Shown: positions 50,698-63,810 of the stretch, piece after piece | Numbering within the stretch: position 1 is the first letter of the stretch | Layout: the number at the start of each line of letters is the position of its first letter | Assembly (NCBI GenBank): GCA_013265495.1 | Contig: MU058636.1 | Span: forward strand, 8,825,425-8,889,424 | Source of the DNA: Vicugna vicugna | Lineage: Eukaryota | Direction of reading: 5' to 3' | DNA length: 64,000 nucleotides | Position numbers and translations under genes: made by a program | Notes under the pieces: generated by a model | The model's input: the letters and a program-made list of their open reading frames with translations, nothing else | Databases searched by the model: none | What the model was told of the DNA's origin: nothing

Positions 50698-51869
50698 GCA
50701 CACTTGCTGCTATTAATGAGTTGTGGCTTTCCAGATAAGGCTATAGATGAAATATGTGAATCACAGAATGTATCCTAGAAATAAGCTTTGCATGTGTGAA
50801 TACAATTCACAAATCCAATCAGAAATTTATGAACAAAGCTCCATAATTTTAAATAAGTCAGTTGAATGAATTGGATTAAACAGAAGGGAAAATGAAAGGC
50901 ATTATTAATCCCCAAGTTCCACTTCAGCTTCTCCCAATAACCCATTACCCAGTGCTGCTCAGTAGCAAATGACACTGAGTTTCTCTTTTCTAGAAACACA
51001 GAGCAGAGTGATACCCTACAGGCAGGCAGCTGAAAGGCACAGAAGTTCCAGCCACTTACTCAGAAACCTGAAATATTAGTTCCCGCACAATCATCAGCTC
51101 GAGTTTCCAACAGTGACAGAAAGGTTATGTCACGAGACTTCTTAGCCTGGGACGTTTTGCTTGGATACAACTGCATCCCTCACATAAATAAAGAGCTGTT
51201 TTCTGTTTTTCTTTTCAGCAGCCAGGTTGCTTTCCATTGCCTCCACTGCTTACAGAATTCAACAAGCTGTACCCATCATTCAACTCCCCTTTGATACAAA
51301 GAAAAGTGTGGGCGCCCAAAGCATCCTCTAAAAGAACACACTAAGAGCAGGGAGACGCACTTGAGGTGGAGGCTTCGCATTAAGTGAGGGGTGGAAGCTG
51401 CACAGCCAATTATAGGTACATTTCTACTTGTTGAGAAGACCTCAAAATAGAAGGTTTTAAAAATCTGCCTCTCAAGATTTTCTTTTCAGTGAAATTGAAG
51501 AAAAAAAATTTATGATAGGCCATATATAAAAAAGAGCCTGCCAAAGTAATCGTTTTCTTCCTCTTAGCAGACTCAAGGCGCGGGATAATTGCCTCTCCGT
51601 GATGCTTTGTTATGAGTGTTCTAAATAAACCGCTCTCAAGTGGCCCCCTTAAGAGCAGCACCCCCTAGGAATCTACCATTCAGACTTGAAACTATAATTT
51701 GTTGCAGACACTCTGAGCAAAATGCATCCTTTCCCCATCTCGAAACTTGATAATTAGGTGTGTGTAGTTAGAGGTAAAAATAAAATGAAGAGGAAAGTTA
51801 TCCAGGTGCAAGTTATTAACCTGGAGTGATGGTGAACAAGGGGAACTTCAGAAAGCAAACTCACATTTT

Positions 51870-52050
51870 TGGTGCACATCATACGTTCCAGTCACCTTGC
51901 TAAGAGCTTTAACTCATGTACCTCTTAATTCTTCACGCTGATCCATTTATGCATTGATTTTACGGATGAGAGAGATGAAATGACTTACACACCAAGAAAA
52001 CAGTAGAAGTAGGATTCAAGCCTCTGGTGGTTTGACTCTAAAGCTTCTAT
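51870..52050 (-). mobile_element. MIR SINE fragment
   Basis: attttacggatgag...aaatgacttac...ggattcaagcc. Confidence 0.55.
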
Positions 52051-52282
52051 TCCTCCCACTCAGTTCCAGCCGCTGAGAGACAGGGAGAGAATGTGCGGAG
52101 CGCGCCAAGCTAACTTCCCAACCCACAATCACATCCTGGTCCCTGCTGTCTTCATCAGAGTATACCTCTGCTATCCCCTGATCTGTAACCCTTTGCAGAC
52201 CCTCTTATGTTCGTCCGTTTGGTCATGCTGTTCTTGCCTGGATTGCTCATTTCTTTTATTCTCCAGGTACAAGGCTTAACCA

Positions 52283-52485
52283 GGTGCAATGCCACTCTGC
52301 TAGGGGGTGTTTGGAAATGTGCACAGCATTTATGGTTGTCACAGTTAGGGTGCTACTGGCAGCAAGTGCCCGGGAGCTGGGACTGCTCCCAGTCTGCAAT
52401 GCCATGATGTATGGCTAGCTCTACCCAGCGGAGGACAGAGGACTGCTCTGTGCCAAATGCCCATAGCGCCCCATCGAGAGCACAG
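52283..52485. mobile_element. MER20/MER20B-like hAT-Charlie MITE
   Basis: gggggtgtttggaaatgt...tggttgtcaca...tgctactggca...ccaaatgcccatagcgcc. Confidence 0.7.
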
Positions 52486-52944
52486 ACCCTGAATCTCGCT
52501 CATCCCTCCAGCCCCATCACCTCCAGGAACTTTTTGATGTCTTGCACCCTTGGATCTGAAACGGTCTGCCCCTTTTCGGGAATGCAGAAAGACTTCTTAT
52601 CTATTAGTCTGTACGTTTAGTGCTATCGTGTTTTGAATTCAATTATTATCCTTTCTCATTACACATATTTTTTGGCTATTTAGTAGTTCTTTTAATGCTC
52701 CTTGAGGTCAGATACATGTTATATGTTCCTTTAATTATAGTCACAATCACAAATATCTCTATAGCTTATATAACACAGATTTTGCAGCCACTCTTCTTTT
52801 AAGTGCTGTGTGTATGTATGTATGTATTATAAAATAATATCCAAAGATATTTTGACACTAACCAGTGTGATCTATAGCAAGAAAGATGAACAGTCTGTTC
52901 CAACCCATGAGATTTCCAGGTTGACAGCCAACACAGTCATTTAA

Positions 52945-53112
52945 CTCACTTAACCCTCCCTAAAACACTATAGAATATTACTATTTCATAGATAGAAAAA
53001 CTGAGGAATGGAGAGGTTAAGTAACTTGCACAGTAGTCACACAGTTAATGGGTGTCAGGACTGTAATTCAAACCTGGGGAGTCTGGCTTCAGAGTCTGAT
53101 GCTCTTAACTGC
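52945..53112 (-). mobile_element. MIR SINE
   Basis: atagaaaaaactgagg...agaggttaagtaacttgc...gtcacacag...attcaaacctgg...gtctggcttcagagtc...gctcttaac. Confidence 0.85.
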
Positions 53113-53167
53113 CAGATTCAGTAGCTATTCCTAACATGTTGTAACCACTTACTGTAAACTTTGGGGA

Positions 53168-53705
53168 TGTGGAGCCCGCTGGCACTCTGAAGCCGCTCTG
53201 AAGTTCCTAAGACCCCCACCTCTGGGCTCTCTGTGTGCCTGGAGCCGTTGGCACCTTAACCCCACTCCCCACTATGGGACCACTTCGCACACCTGCATTT
53301 CTGCAAGATAAAAATAATCTCTTGATGTGTGTCTACCCTGGAAGGGCTCACCGTCCTAGGAGACAGATTGTCTCACAGCACCCCAGGCCGACAGGCCTCC
53401 CGCCCTGCCCTTACCGGCACTGTAAATCCTAGTACTCGGAGAGGGCCCTGGCGGATCTCACAGCCAGCCAGGCGCCTGTGCGGGAACTGCTCGTGCGCCC
53501 TCTGCTCCTGGTGTGCACCGTCCCTCCTCCCAATAAAAGGCCCTGCACGCCCACCCTCGGGGCTCACGCCGGCACCTCTCCTCTGTGTGGTCCGCTGTGG
53601 CCTAGAGCAGCGCACCGATTAAACCTTCCTGAACCTCTCTCGGTCTCTGGTAAATTATCTTACCACCCCGAGTCACCGGCCCTCTGCATCGTGTCCCACA
53701 GCAAA
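53168..53705 (+). mobile_element. ERV solo LTR (~538 bp), CpG-rich
   Basis: Begins TGTGG; flanked by a GGGGA direct repeat (53163-53167, 53706-53710); TATA-like AATAAAAG at 53532, ATTAAA at 53618-53623, U5-like ggtaaattatcttaccaccc. The 3' terminus is imperfect (cccacagcaaa). Confidence 0.7.
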
Positions 53706-53979
53706 GGGGATAAGGGAGGCCTCCTCCAAAGGTGAACTAAACCTACAGCATCAAGTTCAAGGCAAGCGGCAGCAGAAAGAGGGGCTGGAGAGCAAGCAGG
53801 GGCCGACCGCGGAGGAGCCCTGTCAGTTAGCTTCAACTTAATCTTGTAGGTTGTGAGTTTTAAACAAGGGGTCACCCGGTCAAATAAGAGTTCTACAGGT
53901 GTCACTTTCACACCTGTGGGTGGATGATCTGAGGAGAATAAGGTTACAAAAGTGACAGAGGCTGTGGCAGTGTGTGTAG

Positions 53980-54013
53980 ATGATGATGACGATGATGACG
54001 ATGATGCTGATGA
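53980..54013. repeat. (GAT/GAC)n trinucleotide repeat
   Basis: gatgatgatgacgatgatgacgatgatgctgatgac. Confidence 0.9.
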
Positions 54014-55364
54014 CAGAGGCCTGTCTGAACCAGGACATCACTGTTGTGGACTCTCCCCTCCAGACCTCGCTGAAGTCCCTGCCTCTCACTCAGCTTCCAG
54101 CATCCACCTAATACAACCCCGTATGGCCCATATGCCTTTTCTTGGGTAAGTGGACTGCAGATCAAAGCTGTACATCATATACTGAAGTGGGGAGGCAGCA
54201 TGTGCAGGACGTGAGCGCTAGCCTTAGGATCCTAAAATCTGGGTTCAGTTCCAGTGTTGCTTTAATTACCTGTGCCATGTAGCCTCTCTGAGTGTGTTCT
54301 ATTTTCTGCATAAATGAGGGTAACTTGCAAAGGCCAGAACACGTCAGAAAAGAAGGCGCCTCCACCTTTTCCAGGGAGAAATGTTGTTTATCTTCTGAAC
54401 ACTAGATGGTTATCTTAATTCTAGGAAGCATTTAAATGTCATTTTTTATTTTGCCAAAGATACCTCCATTTCATCATTTCATCTGAAACAAGCTTTATGG
54501 TTATTATTTTTTCATCTGCCAACTAGCCAAGCTGTACCCTTGGTTCACTTCTTTGGAAATTCCACGGAAGTCAGTGGGACGTGGAATGATTAGCTCACAG
54601 CTGAGCCTGGCCTGTGTTCCTGTGTGATTAGCGTGGCAGGAGGCCAGAGAGAACTTGGGAAGCAAAGAATCGTATTTGCACGAACAGTGTCTCAGCAACG
54701 TGAATTCCAAAGGGGAATTAATGAGGGAAATAATGACTCTAACAGACCCATCCTGTTCTCTCTTCCCATCTTCGCCTGCCACGCTGCCTTTTCTGTAAAC
54801 AGTAAGGAGTGGGTATGTGTGTGGTGTGTGTCTGTGTGACGGGTGTCTGTGTGATGGGTGTCTATGTGATGTCTGCACAGTGTGTATGTCTATCTTCAGA
54901 GCAAAATAAGGATTGGAAGGGTCCCCTCACTTCCTCAGGGAAGCCACCCAGGAGGTGAATGTCTGAAGCCTTAGCAGGATTTCATAGCTGTTTATGCACC
55001 TGCGTCCCCCTGTGCATTGAGTCTGACTGGAGCTCAGGGTCCATGTGTTCTCACTCCGTACCCAGGGTGGCGGCTGGCATCCAGGAAGAGATCAAAATTT
55101 GCTGAATTACTTGTGATCAAATCAGCCCAAATTCTGGCAATTGTTTTGGAGCCACTGATTCTCCCCTTAGCACGAGTTCCAGGAGTAACTGTTAGGCAGG
55201 GGGAAATGTTATTTTTAATACATATTTATTCAGGAGGAAAATATCAGAGGTTCTCTATTTTCTTCCCTTTCTTGCACGCTCCCTAATGCTTCAGTTGTTT
55301 GCTGAGTATCCAATCAGCTAGTATTTTTCATTATGGCGAAAGCTACTTCTAGATGCATTTTGGG

Positions 55365-55982
55365 GTTTTTTTTTTCAGTTCTTAGGCATTTTTATTCTGT
55401 TTAATACAAATGGGATTGTTTTCTTAATTACTCTTTCTGATGGTGTGTTATTAGTGTGTAGAAATGCAGCTGATTTTTGGATTGATTTTGCATCCTGTAA
55501 CTACTGATTCATTATTAACTTTAACAGTTTTGGGTGGAGTTTTTAGGATTTTCTGTATATAACATTCTGTCATCTACAAATAAGCCTTTTATTTCTTTTT
55601 TCCTGATTCCATTGACTTTATTTCTCTGTCTTGGCTAATTGCTCTGGCTAGGACTTCCAGTACTATGTAGAATAAAAATGGTACAAGTGGGTATCCTTAT
55701 CTTGTTCCTGATTTTAGAGGAAAAGCTTTCAGTTTCTCACTATTGAGTATGATGTTAGCTGTGGGTGTGTCATATCTGGCCTTTATAGGTTGTGGTACGT
55801 TCCCTCTAAACCCAGTTTGTTGGGAGTTTTTATCATGAGTGGATATTAAATTCTGTCAAATGCTTTTCCTGCATCTACTGAAATGATCATATGATTTGTA
55901 TCCTTTTTGTTAACGCGGTGAATCACGTTGATTTGCAGGTGCTGAACCATTCTTGCATTCCTGGGATAAATCCCACTTGATC
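55365..55982 (-). mobile_element. L1 ORF2 (RT region) fragment, antisense
   Basis: ctggctaggacttccagtactatg...cttgttcctgattttagaggaaaagctttcag...gggataaatcccacttgatc. Confidence 0.92.
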
Positions 55983-56194
55983 TTTTTTTTTTTTTCCCCT
56001 CTTTTTTGGCCTTTAACCAAGGAATTATTCTTTATTATCAACTAATACAAGCTCAAATAAATTTTTAAAAATATTGAGATGTGTAAAGAACAAAGTATAA
56101 ATTTCCTATGAACTCATTGCAAGTCATTTTGCTAGCAGTGTTTTATGTTTATTTTCAAAATTTTCTATGTTTTTGCAAAAAACTGACAATTGTT

Positions 56195-56980
56195 TTTTAA
56201 CAAATATTTTTTGAATACCTCTATATTTTCAGTCCTGCTCTAGGCACTGAGAAGATATTGGCAATAAGTATATCCCTGAGCCTTAGAGACTTTCTGTTTT
56301 AGTGGAGTAACAAAGAAAAAAAAATTTAAAGTACATAAAATAATATTTGGGAGTTGTAAATGCTAGGAACAAACAATACAGAAAGACAGGAGAATACGTG
56401 AAGGGAAGGACGGTATTACTTAAGGTAGTCAGGGATAGCTTCCTGGAGGAGGTGTCATATGAGCATAAACAAGAATGAGATGAAGGAAATACACATTCAT
56501 GATGGAGAGCCAAGCATGCCAGGCAGAATGAAAAACAGGTCCGAAGACCATGAGGCAGAAACAAACGTGGCCTGCTGGTAGACCACAGAAGGGCCAGGGT
56601 ACTGTAGGAGAGGGCACAGGGATGAAAGCAGGACAAAGTGAGGTCAGAGCTGGGTACCCAGGGCAGGGAGGGCTTCCTGAGTTCTTTGGGTTCCATTTCA
56701 GTGTTATAGGAAGGCACTGGAGGATTTAGTAGGAGAGTGATGTGATCTGACTTGCACTTTTAAAGAATGTGTTTGTTGCCGTGTGGAGATTAGACTGTAG
56801 AGGAGGAAGAGCATAAGGAGGGAAGAGTCCCAGCTGGGAGGCTCTTGCGTCAGTGCAGGCAAAACGATGTCACTTGGATTAGAAATGAAGGTGATGAGAA
56901 GTGATCTTATTCTAAATATGTTAAATGTAGCCCCAGCAGAATCTGTTGAGAAAACGAGATGAATCAGTGGTGACTCCTAT
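56195..56980 (-). mobile_element. LINE-2 (L2a-like) 3' portion
   Basis: aacaaatattttttgaatacct...ctctaggcactg; gtcagggatagcttcctggaggaggtgtca; gagtgatgtgatctgactt. Confidence 0.85.
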
Positions 56981-57164
56981 GACAAATCTGAAATATATGG
57001 GAGAGAGAAGATACTTGGGACTCGACACTAACCGTCCTAGACATCTCCCTGGAGAGAACGCATGCTTGCTCTCTATCGCCTCTGTCTTTTACCTTATTAG
57101 TAAAACTGGTATTGGTTGAAATTCACCATTTGACTATCAAACTCTTCACCATTTGACACACTAC

Positions 57165-57325
57165 ATATTATGTTTATCCATGGTTTACAGATGAAGAAGT
57201 TAAGGAACAGAAAGTTAACTAAACAACCTGCTAAAGGTCTCACCGCACGCTAATCATGAGTCAAGGTTTGCACCCAGGAACTCTGACAACAGAGCTTCTG
57301 TTCTTTGCCACTATGATACCCTGCC
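57165..57325 (-). mobile_element. MIR SINE fragment
   Basis: tttacagatgaagaagttaagg...agaaagttaa...aaggtctcac. Confidence 0.65.
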
Positions 57326-59259
57326 CTCTCTGCTCTCTAATTCTTGGTCTAAAATCTTCCTAGAGAGGCAATTTAATGGTTTGCTGGCCGGCCAATGGTT
57401 TGCCGTCCTGACTTAGTCATCTGGCAAGATCATTCAGTGCAAGGATCACTGTCACCCGTTCCTTCCTCTGGGCTGGGATGGGAACCCATCTTTGTCTGGT
57501 GTGGAAATAATCCTGCTAATGTTTTTAAAGGCTACCAGAAGCGTATCTATTAGACTGATGATTCTGAAGTTCATGCTCCATCTCTAGCTATGGCCCTACA
57601 GATGGGACTCTCCCGTGTAATTTTTAAGGAAAATATTTCTTATGCTAGTTACTCAAAGAATGACAACAAAGATAAGACTTCACTTTGGTCTGGGCCAAAG
57701 ATCAAGAAAATTGGTTGGGAATGGATGGTGTTAGAAAGACTGTCTTTAGGGAACATTTTTCCTAGTGTTAAGTGAAGAATTGAGTCCTGTATCTTTGACT
57801 TTTGAAACGGGCTCATACTACCAAAAATGGGATTTAGTATTTCAAACAGGAGACAGCATTGAGTACCACTAAGTTCATGATCCGGAAATTTTATCAGATA
57901 TTCATACATGTGTATACGACACATACGCATCAGGAATACATGAGGGCCTACAGAGATGCTGGCAGTCTTCGAATAGTTTCAGCTCTGTATTCTCTTTGTA
58001 CATTGAATTCCCAAATAAATTCTTCACATTAAAATCCATATCCTGGAACTAATCAGCATGTAGTTAGAAAAGTGAAATGTTAAAATGAGCCTGGGTTGTC
58101 CTGTCTGTCCGGTGATTTATAATAGAAGGTGAGAACATCTGGTTGCCTTAGCTTTTGAAGTAAGGCATATGTTTATTAAGATGTACTTGACAGAAGCAGT
58201 TAACATTTGACCCTACTGTGAATCCTTTCTTTCTCTTACAGATTTATTGACAGATTGGGATGGCTTTATCTTTTTACTGAAGGGGGATTGTCAGAGCATT
58301 TATCAGCTTTGTGTATTTTTGTGAATTTTTTTTTACCTTGATTGTACATTATTTGCACATGCATTTTATATAGAAATAAAAATCAAATTTCTTTTGTAAA
58401 AATCAGTCTTCATTCCAAATATGGATTTATCCTTTATAATTTTACAGAGTACAATTGATCCAAGGTGTCTTTACTTTGAATTATATCCTTGATTTTTGGC
58501 CAACTATGTATGACTCAGCTGTCTCCGAAACTTGGAGGACAATTCTTGTTACCAGATCAGTGTCACTTTCCAGGCAGGAGATGTCATCCTAGACCCTCTA
58601 TGGAGAAAGAATGTTGCATAATTGAAAGACAGATTTGGGTTCAAATCCTAGATTATTTTTGTTTCTTCTGAAGGAAAATAAAATGAAAAATGATGTCACC
58701 AAGCAAAAACCAGCACTTGTGGAAGTAGCTGGAAAGGTGCTCAGTAAAAGTTAACTTGCATTTTTGTCCTAACATTGTCTCTCCTTGCCCCATCTTCTTC
58801 CCCATGAAATGAACGAGGATCACATTTTTATTGTCTCGTAAAAACAGAAGAGACTTGGACATTTATATTCTCATTTCAAAACATATAAACAGCTTTCATT
58901 CCTTTGCTGTCTGCACTCCCATAAAAACTTTGCATCACATTAAATTTTCTGGGATGCTATTTTTTCATTTCCCTGGCTAAGGAGATGAATACTTTATCCC
59001 TTTTTATTTCTCCTATTTGATTTTTTTAAATGCTGTGCCCTATTCTCAGGAGCCAAGAAACTACGTACTATCAGTTATGGTGGAAATATGTTTAGCTACA
59101 AAACAATCATTCCAGGAAACTAGGGTTGATTGGAGCAAGGCCTCTTCATAACTCCATGTGTTTTCTTCCAAAGACTCCTAGAAAATTGTCATGAACATCA
59201 TTCTTAGTGGCCAGACATTTCTAATTATTCACCACTGTGAGTCCTCTCTGCTTTGGTAT

Positions 59260-59610
59260 ATAGGACATTATACCCCCATCCTGTTACGCGGGTCCACGTG
59301 ACTTAGTTACAGTCTAGTGGTGTACATGTGGAAGTGGTATGTGTTACTGTCACTTCCAAACTGAGGCACAGAAAAAGCCCCTTTGATTGCCATTCTTTCT
59401 CAGGAGGAGGCCTTTGTTAGATGGAGGAATCACAAGCTATAAACAGCATAGGTTTCTAGGCCACTCAAGCAGAGGAAAGCGATCTTTGAGTCACTCAATG
59501 AGCAGAAAGCTCTGCAAGAGAAAGAAATAGACTCACATTAGCTTAACTATTAAGAGTTTTGGGATCATATCACATCACAGCAAGACCTTATCTCTCTTGA
59601 CTGAAGCTCC
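59260..59610 (+). mobile_element. Old MaLR LTR (MLT1H-J-like)
   Basis: ccacgtgacttag...ggaagtg...tgtcacttcc; gagaaagaaatagact. Confidence 0.5.
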
Positions 59611-60664
59611 AGTTGGAGAAATCCATTCTATTTGGGGAGGTCATTCATTCCCTCAGGAAGCTCTTACTAATCATTTATATTGGGCCAGGCGTTGTGCTTG
59701 AGGCTGTGAAGATAAAAGGAAAATGGAACAAAATGTAGACCCTGGCTCTTAGGAGCTGATGGTCGAATAGCAGCACCTGTCTGAAGTTTCACTGGGTTCT
59801 TCATAGTCTTTCAAAGTGTCTTTATACACCTTATTTCACATGATCTTCAAAACAGCCCTACGACTATTTCTGTTTCACAAATGAGTAAATCAGGACCCAG
59901 ATCCATAAAATAATTGAGTGGGGAAACCAGGACTTGCATGAGGCTTTCTGATTTCTGCCTGTTCAGATGTTTCAACTAAATTCTAGGCTTCTGTATGAGG
60001 GAACTGTCTTCTGAGGCTAAATCTTGGAGCCCTGGAGGAGGGTGTATTGGAAGGAGAAGCAGAGTGTGGTGGGCAGAGGCTGCTGGTCAAAGCAAGTGTG
60101 CTTGATCTCAGAGATTCCGCCACCTGGGAACTGTACTGACGTGAACCCAACGTCCACAAGAAATGTCTGTTTGCAACAATGAAGCTTTTTAAAAATGTGT
60201 TAACTGGGGTATAGAGGAACAAGAAAGACATCTAAGAACCAGGGCTCCAACTTCACTTCTGATTACATTATATATAGAACTGCTGGAGGGAAGTTTGGCA
60301 AGTAAACTTCTAATTAAATATATATAACACTATACTATATTTTGCATTTAAGTGATTAATTTACATCTGAAACTCACTGATGAACAATTCTTCTAAGTTA
60401 TTATATAATTTATTCATCATTCTACTAACTAGCAGTCCTTACTAATATGCAAGACTTATTTGCTAAGTCATTTTATGACACTATAATATATGTGTATTCT
60501 TGTTTTTGTATTAAAAATAAAAGCTGCTTACAGTAACTGAATATTTTCTAAGATACAAAGCCTACACAATTATGAACTTGTGAGCGTGGAAAATATACAT
60601 TGTTATCACATATATTCTGAAGTCCTATGAAATTCTCAGTAATTGTTTGTTAAATCAGTACACG

Positions 60665-60672
60665 ATAAATGA

Positions 60673-60707
<35 letters not shown>

Positions 60708-60708
60708 A
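60665..60708. repeat. (TAAA)n microsatellite
   Basis: ataaatgataaataaataaataaataaataaataaataaataaa. Confidence 0.95.
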
Positions 60709-61407
60709 GCAAGCAGGGGTATCAGAACCACCCCTGTGATTCACTTGGAGAGTAATTGGAGGCTGAACACTGTGGATCATATTTTAAGGGAAACAAACAT
60801 TAAACAAAAGAGAAAAGGGTATGAGGTGGAGCAACTGTAGAAAATACAATAAAGAGATTAACTTAAATGTGAGGCTCTCAATCTCCATTTAAAAGTTCAA
60901 CTTAAATATTTGAAAGTAATTCTATTATAGACAGTATTTTTTTTTTTTGGTTTGTGTGCTTATTTGATCCCTTTTCATCTTTCTGCCCTGTAAAAAATAA
61001 GTGAATTACATATAAGAATGCATTTTCCACCATCTAGAGAAAGAGGATTTTTAGGCAACTGTTGTAAAATGATGACAGGTGCAACCTTTCAGAAGTAAAA
61101 ACAGAAAATTAAATTAATCCAGGCTGACTAATCATTGTTCCTACTGTTTAATCTTGGACAATCTGATTAATTAGCTATTATTTCCAAGTAATGCTCAAAC
61201 TAGAAAATAACTGTATCTTATTTTCCCTGCATGAAAAATTCTTTTTCATCGTTACATGAGCAAAGGCAATGAACAGCAGTTAACCATAATACTGGTGAGT
61301 AGGGAAGCAACTTACTGTGTACATTTCATTAGGAGAAACTTAGATCTCTACAGGAAAGAAACATTAACACTTGATCTGGTTGGATCCCTGTGTAAGTGCA
61401 ATTTTTG

Positions 61408-61610
61408 CATGGAGTGTTAGAATTGTTTTGTATCATGCAGTTAGAGGAGTTTGTTGAATTATGCTATTATGGAAGTGTACTGTATGTATCATGGAGTTCT
61501 AGTTTGTTGTATCATGAGTTATAGAATTTTGTTGTGTCATGGAATTAGAGACGTTTGTTCTATCACAGACTTACAGAAATACATAATCTAATGGAGTTAG
61601 AGAATTTTGG
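61408..61610 (+). repeat. Degenerate ~24-27-bp minisatellite (consensus ~CATGGAGTTAGAGAATTTTGTTGTAT)
   Basis: Repeated catggagt/catgcagt/catgagtt/catggaat followed by agaatt..ttgttgtat; about 6-7 units. Confidence 0.75.
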
Positions 61611-61730
61611 TGGTAGAGAAATCATCAGAAATCATTTAGTACAAACCCTTCATTTTGGAGTTAAGGAAACTGAGAGCTTAGCTGGCATCCCCAGGGTCAC
61701 ACAGTTAGTTGAAAATACGTCAGGATTTGT
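61610..61730 (-). mobile_element. MIR SINE fragment
   Basis: atcatttagtacaaacccttcatttt...aaggaaactgag...cccagggtcacacagttagt. Confidence 0.7.
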
Positions 61731-63384
61731 CAGTTCCTTTTTTTTCCTCCTAGGTAAGAATTTTACATTTCATTTAAATTTTTATCTTTGTAAAACCAAA
61801 GCAATTTTATATGTTTCTATATTAGGAACTTAAAATCTGTTTTTTTTTTAAGATTTATATTTCTTTCAATTTCAGATGAAACTAAATCCCAATGATCTCT
61901 GCCCTTTTCTTATCAATATGTTTTTTTCAAGGTCAATAATCTGCATGACATCTTTATTCAGTCTACTTCAGTCACAAATAATTTTTAATCCGTATTCTGT
62001 CTATAGAGGACATTTAAATTATAGGTAAAATTAATTAAGTTATAAGACTATACCGTCATTATAAAAGAAAGCAAATTTAATTTAAAGGAACAACAAATTA
62101 GATGTTATTTAGAAACTGAAATGAGTTATTTGTCAGTTTAGTATTAAACCTTAACTTCTGAGTTTCCTGGCATCTAAGAATAAAGAAAAGATATTGAATA
62201 AGCTGAATTCCCTTTTTTTATAACTAAAATATGTATTTAATCAATATTTATTATAAAATCGGTACATACATCTATCCTTATCTTGAGGAAAAAATGCTTT
62301 TATAGCAGTTAATGTAATAAGAAATTTATCTCATGGATTCTTGATAAAACAATGAGCAATATCTTTTAAAACGATGTAACCAAAACAGAGCACAAATGTC
62401 AAAAAAAAAGTTTCCCCCCATAAAAAAAGAGACTGTAATCTTGGATCATAACTCAATGAAATTCTTCTTCCTCTTCCTACACGCTCTTATGATCTCACTG
62501 AATGCAGCAATGCAAGTCACAGGATATGAATCTGGGCATTTTGTATACTTAATGAGTCAGAAATTTTCGCAATCAAATCAAAGATGATTTCTGTGATGAA
62601 TACCATAAGTGCCTGTGTGCTACATTATTGATTACTAAGAGCTTCCTCTGCTTCATAAGCAGCTTTGTAGGTCATGAAATTCTGTTTCATGAAAACTGGA
62701 GTCCAACCACAGAAGCATTGTTTCGGTAGGGGTAGGTCATAGGAGTGCCTCTGGTTAAATACAGAGTTTTTCTCCCATATGGACTTTGATTCTTCTCAAG
62801 CACTTTGAGCAATGTGTAATCAAAACCCCAAAGTTCTGTTATCATGGCATAAAATATTTTTGCCCCCAAATGTTTTTAAGAACATTTGTTATCAGTTAAC
62901 AGCCTCAACATAAAAAAAAATCAGCAGGGCCACTAAAGACGATTTGAACTGCATCTGTAGTATCCCCAGATAAGTTATCTAAAAAAACTAATCTCATAAA
63001 AGGTTTAGAACCTACCTTCAGATAACAGTTGATGAAAACTGCCCACTGAAATGTTGGAAAACGTGAATTAAATGAAAAGACTGTGATTCTAATGTATTTT
63101 GTGTTAAACCACTCTTAACAATTATTGGCCAAGAATCTTCTTGCATATATTTCTACTTAGGTAAAAAGATTATCAACATTAAAAAAAAGTATCAGTGCTT
63201 TGAATTTCTACTACCATCAGATTGCTACTATAAGTATATTTGTGTATTGCTTTGAAGTGCTTTTACATACGTTATCTTGATAAATCCCCAAATCACTCTG
63301 TGAATAAGGTATTATTTGCATTTCACAAGTAAGACTGTGGGGCTCAAGGTGATTAAAGACTATGCCCAGTTTATTAGTTGAGAT

Positions 63385-63810
63385 TAGGATTGACTGAAAG
63401 AGAAACTCAAAATGCTTTGACTTAAACAAGATAAAATGCCTTTCTTTCTGAAGCCTTTATTGTTATGTTTTTCTTTCAATTCCAAGGCTGCTATGGAGCT
63501 TTACAGGTGATGGATCCCAGAGCCTTGTATCTTATTACCCTATGATATAAGGCTTTCAGTCTCAAGGTTACCTCATGGTTAAAGAGAGCTGCTGGAGGTC
63601 CAGCAATTATGATCACATTTTAAAATTGGAAGGAAAAATAAAGGGAAGAGTAGTTTGGGGAAATCATGTACTACTTCAGCTGATAGGATCACACATGTCC
63701 ACACCTGGCTGAAAAGGGGCTGAGAAATCTTCCCATTCTGGGCTCAGTGTATCTAGCCAAAAATGATTCTGTTACTATGAAAACAAGAATGAATCTCTAT
63801 CAAGGATCAA
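63385..63810 (-). mobile_element. Old MaLR LTR (MLT1K/L-like)
   Basis: gacttaaacaagata...tcaaggttacctcatggt...gctgctggaggtccagc...atcacacatgtccacacctggctg. Confidence 0.55.

Larger units (their letters stand above)
46086..50969 (+). repeat. Direct tandem duplication, 2 x 2442 bp (46086-48527 and 48528-50969)
   Basis: Identical ORFs are offset by exactly 2442 (46721/49163, 47422/49864, 47917/50359). Junction ...TAGCAAA|CAACTGATGAG... shares a single A. Only two substitutions noticed. Confidence 0.98.

Noticed and set aside
53952..54149. Poly-Asp / poly-His ORFs
   Set aside because: Translation of the (GAT)n repeat; no supporting exon structure.
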